Part shown: piece by piece, positions 18,301-26,827 of the stretch | How positions within the stretch are numbered: the stretch's first letter is position 1 | How the letters are laid out: every line of letters starts with the position of its first letter | IMG/VR virus record: IMGVR_UViG_3300005549_000001 | Source: an uncultured virus (IMG/VR IMGVR_UViG_3300005549_000001) | Lineage: Duplodnaviria > Heunggongvirae > Uroviricota > Caudoviricetes | DNA: 64,000 nt | Reading direction: 5' to 3' (one strand) | The notes under the pieces: model-generated | The model's input: only the letters and a program-made list of their open reading frames with translations | What the model was told of the DNA's origin: nothing | Database searches by the model: none | Program-made: the position numbers and the translations under genes

Positions 18301-19037
18301 CACGCTACCTGCGTGACGGCGTAAATACCTGCGAGCACGGCGGCCGCGAGCAGCGCGAGACCTCCAGCACCAACTCCGCCGGTCTTCGCGACATTCGTCG
18401 GAGGCGGCGCCGTCCCCGGCTCGACGATGGGCGGCGCGGGCGTCGCGCACTTGTCGCCGACCTTGATCTGCCCGGGCGGGCAGTCGACGGCGCCCTGCGG
18501 GCCGCAGAGCCCCTGCGGCCTGTTCTCCCACTCGGCTCGGTGCTGCTGGCACGTCACGGGCAGCCCCGCGGCATTGACCTGGTTCACGGCCGCGCACGTG
18601 ATGGGACCGAGCTTGCCGTCCTCGGTGATCTCGCAAAGCCCATATCCCGGCGGGTCAGACGCGGCGCGCGCCGCGAGAATGCGCCTGTTGGTGTCGCTTT
18701 GAAGATTTTGCGTCGCCTTGCTGAAGCGAAGCCACGGGTAGGAGACGCCTGAAATCTCCTCTGGCGGGCAGAGGCGCGTGACGCACTCCTCCTCCGTGTA
18801 GCGCTGGTGCAGCGCGCGAATGCAGTCCTCGATGTCCTGCAGGCTCGTCTCGGGAATGAACGCCGCAGTGCAGTCATTTCGCGCGCGCTCGAAGGCGTCG
18901 GCCTGGCAGTCCTTGAAGCCGGGCACGTCCCAGCAGACCCCCGGAATTTGGCCGAGCCTGCCGGTCCTCACGCTGCCGAGCCACTGCACGGGCGCGCCCT
19001 CGGTCCTCGCACTGCCAAGCCATTGAATCTGCGTCAT
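18300..19037 (-). CDS. Cys-rich membrane protein with a PG-binding-like domain and a double WLG tag
   Basis: MTQIQWLGSA...VQWLGSV..RLGQ; LQ..TN...EDGKLGPITCAAV; C-terminal anchor. Confidence 0.65.
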   Translation of the reverse strand: MTQIQWLGSARTEGAPVQWLGSVRTGRLGQIPGVCWDVPGFKDCQADAFERARNDCTAAFIPETSLQDIEDCIRALHQRYTEEECVTRLCPPEEISGVSYPWLRFSKATQNLQSDTNRRILAARAASDPPGYGLCEITEDGKLGPITCAAVNQVNAAGLPVTCQQHRAEWENRPQGLCGPQGAVDCPPGQIKVGDKCATPAPPIVEPGTAPPPTNVAKTGGVGAGGLALLAAAVLAGIYAVTQVA

Positions 19038-19047
19038 CTTCTTCTCC

Positions 19048-19890
19048 TCAGAGGGGCGCCCCGCACTCGGGCAGGAGCTCGACCGTCATCGCCCCCGCGA
19101 CGCGGCCATAGATCGCTTGCTGAAACGTCGCGAGGAAGCGGTCCTCGGGCCGGAGCGCGCCCGGGTCCGCCGGCGTCGTGACCAGTCGCCCCGTTGGATT
19201 GGGTTGATGCACGCTCGCGTAGAACACGAGGTTGAAGGGACCGCGGATGATCTGGTGCAGCCGCCAGTCCGTGTTGTCCCACGGAAAGCGGATGTCACGC
19301 CACGTGTCGAGCCACTCGAGAGGGGCGCCCGGAGGAATGCCCGCGTTCGGCGCCACATAAGGGACAAGCGGCGGCATGTAGAGCAGCGCCGAGTCGAGCG
19401 CGCCGGAGAGGTTCGGGTCGGTGCCGGGCTGCTGCGCGGGATCGACAACGAGCGCGGTCATGACGCTGCGCTGCAGGCGCAGATGCCACGAGATGTTGCC
19501 ATCGGAAAACGACCAGAACGGCGAGGTCACCTCGAGCTCGTTTGCGGTGAAGTTGCAGTCTTGATCCACTTGCTCGCAGCGAATCGTCACCGCCTGCCTG
19601 AGACCGTGCAAAATGATGCCGCACTTGTCCGGCACCTGGACTCCGACGAGCCGGATCAAGTAGCGGTTGCTCTGCGACGTCGTCGGCGCCGCTGGCACGC
19701 GCACGCCGGTCGACGCCATGTCGCCGACGTACGGGCTTGAGCCGATGCCCGCCTTGTCTGGGTCGAAGGAGCTCGACGAAATCTCGACGATGCTCCTGCA
19801 GCGCCAGCGCGGGTCGCGCGCCGACAGGAACGACGAGTGCGGCGACCCGTTCTCGCTAGCCGAGCCGACTCTGTGAGCGGTGGCTCCCAT
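19048..19890 (-). CDS. Putative capsid-associated beta-rich protein
   Basis: Third gene of the Cys/beta-rich block; no TM. Confidence 0.5.
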   Translation of the reverse strand: MGATAHRVGSASENGSPHSSFLSARDPRWRCRSIVEISSSSFDPDKAGIGSSPYVGDMASTGVRVPAAPTTSQSNRYLIRLVGVQVPDKCGIILHGLRQAVTIRCEQVDQDCNFTANELEVTSPFWSFSDGNISWHLRLQRSVMTALVVDPAQQPGTDPNLSGALDSALLYMPPLVPYVAPNAGIPPGAPLEWLDTWRDIRFPWDNTDWRLHQIIRGPFNLVFYASVHQPNPTGRLVTTPADPGALRPEDRFLATFQQAIYGRVAGAMTVELLPECGAPL

Positions 19891-19899
19891 GGGCCACCG

Positions 19900-20613
19900 T
19901 CACACGCAGCATCCGATGCCCCGCGCGGCGAGGGCCGCGATGGCGATCTCGAGCGAGATGTCATAGCGGCGGGGCAGCGTGATGGCCCAGATGACGATGC
20001 AGACCTCGTAGGGGATTTCGTCAGCGGCGAGCGCCCGCCTGAGGGTGAAGTCGGCCTCGATCGTGGCCGCGCACCCGAGCACGAAGCCGATGGGGCACAC
20101 GCACTCGAACACGAGCTCGATGGTCTCGAGCGGCGTCGGCTCCGAAGCGATCACGTAGTCCGTGAAGGACTTGACCGTCAGGCGAAAGTCGACGTTCGGG
20201 TTCAGGCGGTTGTTGACGTCCGACTGGGCCTTGAAAATCGAACCGGCGAAGGCGTTCGGCCGCCGCACGGTGTAGGTGATCTTCCTGACCCAGAGGTCGC
20301 GCGTGATGAGGCTGCCGAACTGCGCCGGAATCGTCTTCGGCTCGGTGCTCGTGAAGCTCGCGCAGATCGGCACCGACTTGAGCATGAAGGCCGGGCAGGT
20401 ATCCGCGAACAGCGCGAGCGCGTCGATGTCGGCGAAGCCGTCGTGCATGCCCACGCCCACATCGCGCCTGGGCGACGGGGGCGGGAGCAGTGCAGCAGCC
20501 AAGCGCGGGTCGTGCGCCGCAACCTGCCCGAGGGTGACACCCCCGGGCAGGATGAAGTTCGGACCCATGGGCTCGATGAGCCCGGCGGGCTTCTCTTTCG
20601 ACGAGTCGGTCAT
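19900..20613 (-). CDS. Candidate second (small) jelly-roll capsid protein
   Basis: Alternating beta-strand pattern (LWVRKITYTV, VDFRLTV, FVL...TIEADFTL, YEVCIVIWAI); directly after the large candidate. The fold is inferred only. Confidence 0.4.
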   Translation of the reverse strand: MTDSSKEKPAGLIEPMGPNFILPGGVTLGQVAAHDPRLAAALLPPPSPRRDVGVGMHDGFADIDALALFADTCPAFMLKSVPICASFTSTEPKTIPAQFGSLITRDLWVRKITYTVRRPNAFAGSIFKAQSDVNNRLNPNVDFRLTVKSFTDYVIASEPTPLETIELVFECVCPIGFVLGCAATIEADFTLRRALAADEIPYEVCIVIWAITLPRRYDISLEIAIAALAARGIGCCV

Positions 20614-20624
20614 TCAGGGTCCGA

Positions 20625-21917
20625 TCAGCGCTCGGCCCCCGGCAGGCCGGCGAGGTTGCCGCTGGCCAAGCCGAGGAGCGTCTTCAGGCGCGGGTCGTCG
20701 GCGCTGTAGTCGGTGCGTGCCTTGCCTGCGAGGCTCTGCACCCAGGGAGTGCCGGCGATGGTGTTGAGGATCGGCACGCGGTCGATGACGTACTGGTGGA
20801 GCAGGTCCACGCAGAACGCGTACGACACGCGGAAGCCCATCAGCCGGATGCCGATGGTGACCTTGCCGCCCGGCCAGTGCCCGGCACCGATACCGACGCC
20901 GCCCGTCGGCGACGCCGACGTGAAGCACTCGCTCGGGCTGATCATGCCGCACTCCTGAGCGCCGAGCGCCTTGGAGCCCGGCACGGCCGCCGCGCGCATC
21001 TGGTTCTTGAACACCTCGCTGTTGGTGCCGAGCAGATCGAACTCGACGCCGAGAGAGGTGACGGCGGGCACGAGGATGAGAGGGTTCTTGAAGCGGAACA
21101 GCTTCGGCTGCCGGCCCGAGAACATCGTGTGGCCCCACGTCACGGCCGCGCTCGGGGGCGGCGCGTCGATGGACGCGCAGACTCCGTTGCAGTCGGTGGT
21201 CAGCAGGGTGTTGACCGGCAAGAACTGGCAGTCCAGGCCGTTGTCGCGGGCGTGCTGGTTCGTCTCGCGGATCTTCGGCATCGTGCCGATGCACGAGTCG
21301 CCCGCGCCGCGGAAGCTCGGAGCAATCTCGCACATGCCGATGTCGCTGGCCGGCAGGTCCACGACGAGGCACTCGTCGTTGATGAGGATCTGCAGGTTGT
21401 ACGTGCGGAAGAACGCCTCGATGAACTCCCACGTGGGACCGCCCCAGCTCATGACCGCGGGCACCTGACCCGGCGAAGCGAGCGCCCCGCCGTCGCAGCC
21501 CGAGCCCATGACCGCCGGAGGAGCGACCGCCGTGCCACCATCGGGGCAGTCGACGAGCACGCCGCTCTGGCAGAAATTCTGGCCCTCGCCGACGGCCACG
21601 ATGCACATGCCGCAGATGATCGTCGGAGAGATCGTCGTCAGCAGTGAGAGGTTCGTCGACACGTTGCAGACGCCGTCCTGGGTCGGCGGGTTGAACTTGA
21701 ACAGGCCGGTCTCGAACCGCGAGAAGAAGGAGTCGAGCTGCGCGTCGGTGACGGGCAGGCAGAGCGTCTCCTCGTAGAACACGAGGCTCGGAAGCAGGTT
21801 GGACGCAACCTGGTTCAGTTGCCCGAGCCCGACGCCCTGACCGAGCATCGCGAAGTCGTGGGGCATCGTGCGGATGTTGCGCCGCTTGGGCGCCGATCGA
21901 GTGATGTTCCTTGCCAT
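20625..21917 (-). CDS. Candidate major capsid protein (jelly-roll type)
   Basis: Strong AGGAG RBS, strongly GC3-biased codons, 430 aa. Basic N-terminal arm ending MLGQGVGLGQ. LF...TNL...ICGMCIV and FKNPLIL.P...VEFDL...TIGIRLMG strand patterns. The fold is inferred only. Confidence 0.5.
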   Translation of the reverse strand: MARNITRSAPKRRNIRTMPHDFAMLGQGVGLGQLNQVASNLLPSLVFYEETLCLPVTDAQLDSFFSRFETGLFKFNPPTQDGVCNVSTNLSLLTTISPTIICGMCIVAVGEGQNFCQSGVLVDCPDGGTAVAPPAVMGSGCDGGALASPGQVPAVMSWGGPTWEFIEAFFRTYNLQILINDECLVVDLPASDIGMCEIAPSFRGAGDSCIGTMPKIRETNQHARDNGLDCQFLPVNTLLTTDCNGVCASIDAPPPSAAVTWGHTMFSGRQPKLFRFKNPLILVPAVTSLGVEFDLLGTNSEVFKNQMRAAAVPGSKALGAQECGMISPSECFTSASPTGGVGIGAGHWPGGKVTIGIRLMGFRVSYAFCVDLLHQYVIDRVPILNTIAGTPWVQSLAGKARTDYSADDPRLKTLLGLASGNLAGLPGAER

Positions 21918-22001
21918 TTTCTCTGTTCTCCTGGTTGCCCCGCTCCACATAGGACCCCGGGGCGTTGAAAATTACGGATTAAAAACTCTGACTTCTTCTC
22001 T

Positions 22002-23780
22002 TCACTCCTGCTCGGGAGCCTCGGTCAAACCGAAGGGCATCTCCCTTTCCCCGTTGGGCGTGCCGTAGATGAGCCCTGGTCCCGAGGGGGCGACGACGCC
22101 GGGCGTGAGCGGGACACAGTTTCCGGTCAGCGGATCGCGCACCATGCCGGGCAGACAGCCAGGCAAGCAGCGGCCCGAGATCGGATCGGCGTAGTGCCCA
22201 GGTGGGCACGCGCCGGGCGCCATGGGCGCGCTCTCGAGTGCCCGACAGAAGGCGTACGGGAGCACGACCCTGTTGCCGACCACCCAGAACCCCGGCTCAT
22301 TCAGTGCGTTGACCTGCGCGACGTCGATGCCGTACTGCGCGGCCATGACGGCGAGGTCGTCGCCGGCCTGGACCACGTACTCGCACCGCCGCGCAACGAG
22401 ATCGTCGGTGCAGTCACCGCACATCACGAGGTCCGGGCAGTGATCCCAGCACCCGCGCTCACCACCGCACGAAGGGCATACGCCAACGCGCCCAGTCGGT
22501 ACGATCGTCGCGGGTTGACCAACCCGCCCGTTCGCCTCAGCCGACTGGGCCCGAGCTTTTCCCGCGGGTACTCCGTTGCCCTTGCCGTTACCGGCGGGGG
22601 CACCGCGACCGAGCGTGTACGCCGGGCCCGTGGTCGGGACCGGAGCCACGCCGACGATCTGCGGCGGGTCCTGCTGGTTGAGGTTCAGGTTCACCGTCGT
22701 CGCCCAGTTCTCGAAGAGCCCGTCGACGACCTCCTGCACCGTCTTCTGCTCCATCGGGTACATCCGGTTCGCGAAGGTGGCCTCCGAGCCCGACTGCACC
22801 TTGAACACCATCGGCATCGCGTACCAGTTGAGCAAAAGCTTCGTCAGGTTCGCGAAGAAGCCGACCGCGGTACCTCCGACGAGGAACGGCAGGATGCTCC
22901 TGCCGCGCACGGCGTAGGCGAGTGCGACGCCGGCAACGCCGCCGGCAGCCTGCGCGCCGAGGCGCCAGGCATCGGGACGACGATTTTGAGCCGCCGCCGC
23001 GTTCGCGCCGTAGTACGGGTTCTTGCCGTTCGTGGGCTTGCGGGTCGCAACGAAGCGGTCCGCCATGTCCGCGAGGGTGAGGCCGATGCCAACGCCGAGG
23101 CCCGCCATGCCGAAGGCGCGGATGGCCGAGACGCTGAAGGTCTGGTTCTCGAGCAGCTCACCGTAGGGATTCTCGAGCAGAGCGCGATCGCGGAAGGTCA
23201 TGCTGCCCGCGTTCTCGCGCATGATCGAATTCTCCGAGTAGCGGCGGCGCGTCGTCCTGCGCCGACGACGCCGACGAGGATTCTCCTGCAGCGCAGCAGC
23301 ACGCCGGCGACGACGCCGACGGGGGCGAGGGGTCTCCTCGATCACGATCGGCTGCCGCGACTGCGGCACCCTCACGAGGCGGACGCCTCCGCGACGAGAG
23401 CTCACGGCGCCTGTGCGACGACGAGCTCGCCTGCGAGTCCGACGAACAGCGCGACGACGGCGACGACGCGGTGCCGCAGCGGCACGAGCTCGACGCCTAC
23501 GACGCCGACGAGGAGCCGCAGCCACTGCTACGCGGCGACGACGCCGACGAGTCTTCCTCGCACGACGACCTCCGCGCTTGGTGCGACGCTTGGCGCGTGC
23601 CTTGCGCAGGTTACGAAGTGACGCTGCCCTCTGCTTGCGTGTTTGAGCCATTCCTTTACCTCTCGGATTTTCGAGCAAGGGTTCTGCGCGCAGTGCGGGA
23701 GCCTGCTCGACTTCCTCGCGCTCGCGCGCGTGATCGTCGATTTCCTTCTTTACGCGCAGCCATGCTTCCGTCGGCTTCAT
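22002..23780 (-). CDS. Protamine-like Arg-rich core protein with TM segments, LysM domain and Cys-rich tail
   Basis: Poly-Arg tracts; ENP repeats; Gly/Ala hydrophobic helices; YVVQAGDDLAVMAAQYGIDVAQVNALN...GNRVVLP (LysM). Alternative start at 23651. Confidence 0.75.
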   Translation of the reverse strand: MKPTEAWLRVKKEIDDHAREREEVEQAPALRAEPLLENPRGKGMAQTRKQRAASLRNLRKARAKRRTKRGGRRARKTRRRRRRVAVAAAPRRRRRRRARAAAAPRRRRRRAVRRTRRRARRRTGAVSSRRGGVRLVRVPQSRQPIVIEETPRPRRRRRRRAAALQENPRRRRRRRTTRRRYSENSIMRENAGSMTFRDRALLENPYGELLENQTFSVSAIRAFGMAGLGVGIGLTLADMADRFVATRKPTNGKNPYYGANAAAAQNRRPDAWRLGAQAAGGVAGVALAYAVRGRSILPFLVGGTAVGFFANLTKLLLNWYAMPMVFKVQSGSEATFANRMYPMEQKTVQEVVDGLFENWATTVNLNLNQQDPPQIVGVAPVPTTGPAYTLGRGAPAGNGKGNGVPAGKARAQSAEANGRVGQPATIVPTGRVGVCPSCGGERGCWDHCPDLVMCGDCTDDLVARRCEYVVQAGDDLAVMAAQYGIDVAQVNALNEPGFWVVGNRVVLPYAFCRALESAPMAPGACPPGHYADPISGRCLPGCLPGMVRDPLTGNCVPLTPGVVAPSGPGLIYGTPNGEREMPFGLTEAPEQE

Positions 23781-23827
23781 CCCAGCACTCTGCGTCGGAC
23801 AGTCGCATGCGCGCTCAACGCTGATAA

Positions 23828-24433
23828 CTATGGACGAACAAATCCCCTGCTGTCAATCACGCAACCTTCGGGTAGCGGCAGTCGCCACGCGAGAGGTCGC
23901 GTCGTCGACATCAACTCGACGGGCGGATCGTAGCGATGCTCGAACAGCGTCGCGAAGCCGAAGCGACGGTAGCGGATGAACCGGATGAGCGCTTTCGGAG
24001 CCCAATCTCCGCCAGGAAGCGTGACGGAGCCTCCGCGAATAGCCGCCTCGGGACCGAAGTAGTTCTTCGCCACGCGCAGGTCTGCGCGATGTATATCCGA
24101 CTCAGTTTGCAGTCTTCCTCGACTCCAACGCAGCACATATATGTCGCACTTGGACAAGAGCCTGCCCGCGGCGTCGTGCACGATGACGTACGAGGGCGGT
24201 AGGCGAATATCGCTCGGCATTTGCCGAGGATCTAGCTTGTGCTCGCCCACGCGCTCGGCCTGCTCGGTCGACACAAAGCTCACCTGATCACCGCGCACGA
24301 GGAAGTGAGCGAGCTCGCACGCCTGCTCGTCGCAGACCTCCACTTCGGCGACGCGCGGCTCACCGCCGGCGGTCGGGTCGATGTCCGACACCGCCGCCGG
24401 ATTCTCGCACCCGCATTCCTCTTCGTCGCTCAT
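23828..24433 (-). CDS. Hypothetical virion protein (ENP motif)
   Basis: ATGA-coupled start MSDEEECGCENP. Confidence 0.55.
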   Translation of the reverse strand: MSDEEECGCENPAAVSDIDPTAGGEPRVAEVEVCDEQACELAHFLVRGDQVSFVSTEQAERVGEHKLDPRQMPSDIRLPPSYVIVHDAAGRLLSKCDIYVLRWSRGRLQTESDIHRADLRVAKNYFGPEAAIRGGSVTLPGGDWAPKALIRFIRYRRFGFATLFEHRYDPPVELMSTTRPLAWRLPLPEGCVIDSRGFVRP

Positions 24434-24843
24434 CGCCGCGGGCACCCGATGACTGCCTCGACGCGGTCGCTGAGAGAAATCGTGCGGAAGCTGCCGCGCG
24501 TGAAGTGCGAAGGTGATCGCTGACGCAAACGGTACTTGTTCGCGGTCGTGTCGACCTTGTGCGCGACGTAGCCGTTGCGACGCGCCCACGCAATGGCGCT
24601 CTCGCGCGTGAACCTGTTGCGATCGAAGAGCAGCGTCTGCACCTGCGTGCCGCGCGCGCAGCGCTGGTTATCGAGAAGGCGCCGCCGCGTGTCGCCCTTT
24701 TCTGATCCGAGCACGGCGCCAATGCCGCCGCCGACGATCGCGCCGGGCAGCCCGAGCAGGAGACCGCCGAGCAAGATGCCGACGCCTCCGCCAATCGCCA
24801 TGTTCGCTCCGCGCGATGGATTCTCTTCGTACTTCTTGGGCAT
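24430..24843 (-). CDS. Glycine-zipper membrane protein with a basic C-terminal domain
   Basis: MPKKYEENP; IGGGVGILLGGLLLGLPGAIVGGGIGAVLG. Confidence 0.65.
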   Translation of the reverse strand: MPKKYEENPSRGANMAIGGGVGILLGGLLLGLPGAIVGGGIGAVLGSEKGDTRRRLLDNQRCARGTQVQTLLFDRNRFTRESAIAWARRNGYVAHKVDTTANKYRLRQRSPSHFTRGSFRTISLSDRVEAVIGCPRR

Positions 24844-24847
24844 CGTT

Positions 24848-25963
24848 TTACCTCTGGGCCTGCGCCCTGCGCGTGACAACGAAGTCGCCGCGCTCGTTGG
24901 TCACGCCGTAGGCGTAGATCTCATCATTCTCATTGGCTCCAAAGGAAAGCGCAGCGCGCGCCATCTCATCGTACGTGCGCGAGCTGTCGACCGCCTCGCG
25001 ACCCCGCCAGTACGGCGAGGCGCGGAGCTCCTCGAATCGCCAGTGCCCGCCGGGCCACGAGACTGTGCCGGCGTAGTCGTCCTCTCGGTCGCGATACTTG
25101 ATGTTCACCCTGACGTCGCCCGAGTGACGCACGGGATTCTCGAGCAGACGCGCGGGCGCGAGTGCTCCACCTCCACCGCGCCGCGAGAGCAGCTGCGCGA
25201 CGATGTAGAGAGCCGCGAGCCCGAGCGCGATGAAGCCTACAGTGCGGATGGTCTGCGGGATCTCTGACTTGCCCTTCGTCTGCTCTATCGCGCGCGCCTT
25301 GTGAATTTGAGCAGCGCCCTCGTAAATTGAATCGTTGAGCGCTTTGACCTGTTCAGGACTTGCGCCCGCCTCTAGCTGCTTGGTCGTCTCGATCTTCATC
25401 GTCTCGACCGTCTTCTGTTCAGCGACCTTCTCCACGGTCTCGCAGACCTCGGCGACTGCGAAGTAAGCTCCGATAATCGCGGCAACCACGATGACGCCGA
25501 CGACGATCGCGGGCAGCGCACTTACCGTGCCGGTGATCCTGATCGGCTGGTTCGTCGCGTTCTCAATCTCGACGGGGCGGCCGCCGCGAATCTCAATGCG
25601 CGTCGCGTCGCCTTCGAGTCGCTCGAGCCCGAGCGCGCCCTGCGCGTCGGTGCCGAGCTTGCGCTTGCCTGCGATCGCATCGTCAGCGAAGCGCGTCAGC
25701 GTCGCGACCATCGAGCCGACCTCGAGAAACTGCTGGTCGAGGTCGGCACCCCACGCACCGAGCGGCGACTGGCCCTCGCCGGACTGCTCGGCGAAGAAGG
25801 GCAGTCCGAGCCTCTCGCGCACGCGCTTCAGCGTCGCTCGCGCGTCGCTCGCGCGCTGGAAGGCTACGTTCACGTCGTCGCGCAGCGCGCGCACGTAAGC
25901 TTCCCACGCCGCCGCGGTCGCTGCGGTGTCAGTAGCTTGACCCAACCACGTCACTGCGGACAT
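24848..25963 (-). CDS. Two-TM virion membrane protein carrying both WLG and ENP motifs
   Basis: GGAGG RBS, MSAVTWLGQ; two hydrophobic helices; LLENPVR after the second. Confidence 0.7.
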   Translation of the reverse strand: MSAVTWLGQATDTAATAAAWEAYVRALRDDVNVAFQRASDARATLKRVRERLGLPFFAEQSGEGQSPLGAWGADLDQQFLEVGSMVATLTRFADDAIAGKRKLGTDAQGALGLERLEGDATRIEIRGGRPVEIENATNQPIRITGTVSALPAIVVGVIVVAAIIGAYFAVAEVCETVEKVAEQKTVETMKIETTKQLEAGASPEQVKALNDSIYEGAAQIHKARAIEQTKGKSEIPQTIRTVGFIALGLAALYIVAQLLSRRGGGGALAPARLLENPVRHSGDVRVNIKYRDREDDYAGTVSWPGGHWRFEELRASPYWRGREAVDSSRTYDEMARAALSFGANENDEIYAYGVTNERGDFVVTRRAQAQR

Positions 25964-26141
25964 CTCGCCTCCGTAGGATTGCATAAATTAGGTAGGTAGC
26001 GTTAACGAGCACCCCGAGCAGCAGAATCTTCTCGCTCCGGCTCCAGTGATCATCCTTGGCTTGCGCCTCACTGAGGATCGGCAGCGGCGCACCATTGTCG
26101 CCGTCCTGGCCGAGCCAGACTACGCGGCGAGCAGTAGCCAT
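25929..26141 (-). CDS. Small membrane protein, WLG-tagged
   Basis: RVVWLGQ; ILLLGVLVNATYLIYAIL followed by RRR. Confidence 0.6.
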   Translation of the reverse strand: MATARRVVWLGQDGDNGAPLPILSEAQAKDDHWSRSEKILLLGVLVNATYLIYAILRRRDVRSDVVGSSY

Positions 26142-26827
26142 GCGACTCCCACCGCAACTGCGGCAACGATCACTACCGGCAGCGCAGATGGCTTCTTTGA
26201 TGACGGGGGCAGCTTCTGCTGCGCGATAATTTCAGAGACGCGCGCGCTCTCCGCAGTCGCAAGTTTTTTCAGGTAGGTGTCAAGCCCGTCCTCGCTGAAG
26301 TACGGACGCCAGGGTCCGCGCTCGGCTTCCGTGGGCCCGCGGCCCGCGGCGAGAGTAGCCCCCGGAACGCCCCAGCGCTCGAGTGCCTTTGTCTCGACGA
26401 GGATCTCCTCGTTCGGAGGGGTTCGCACGCCCAGCCGCTGACTCGCGAGCCGAATCGCTGCTTTTCGCGTTCGTTGGTAAAATACGTGGTCGTACTGCGG
26501 CGCAACGAACTGCTCGCCCGCAAAGAATCCTTCGAAGATGTCGTAGATGGCCCCGCCGAGGTACTTGCCGATGGCCTCGCCGATGTCGGAGCAGATGCCG
26601 AGCGCCGACGCAATTGCAGTTACCCCTCCCGTCTCTGCGGCTAGCGCGACGCACGTGGCGTCTCCTGCGGCACTGCCCGCAGCCTTGCCGATATTCTGCA
26701 CGTCGTCGCGCTTGGGCGGCCAGTCGGCCTTCAGCGCCTCGTTGTATGCCGCGTCAGCTGCAGCATCTTCCGGGCTCTTCGGCTCCTCCTGACCGAGCCA
26801 CTTCGGACGACCGAGCCAGGTAATCAT
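26120..26827 (-). CDS. Membrane protein with a double WLG tag
   Basis: ATGA-coupled MITWLGRPKWLGQ; C-terminal LPVVIVAAVAVGVAWLLLAA. Confidence 0.65.
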   Translation of the reverse strand: MITWLGRPKWLGQEEPKSPEDAAADAAYNEALKADWPPKRDDVQNIGKAAGSAAGDATCVALAAETGGVTAIASALGICSDIGEAIGKYLGGAIYDIFEGFFAGEQFVAPQYDHVFYQRTRKAAIRLASQRLGVRTPPNEEILVETKALERWGVPGATLAAGRGPTEAERGPWRPYFSEDGLDTYLKKLATAESARVSEIIAQQKLPPSSKKPSALPVVIVAAVAVGVAWLLLAA

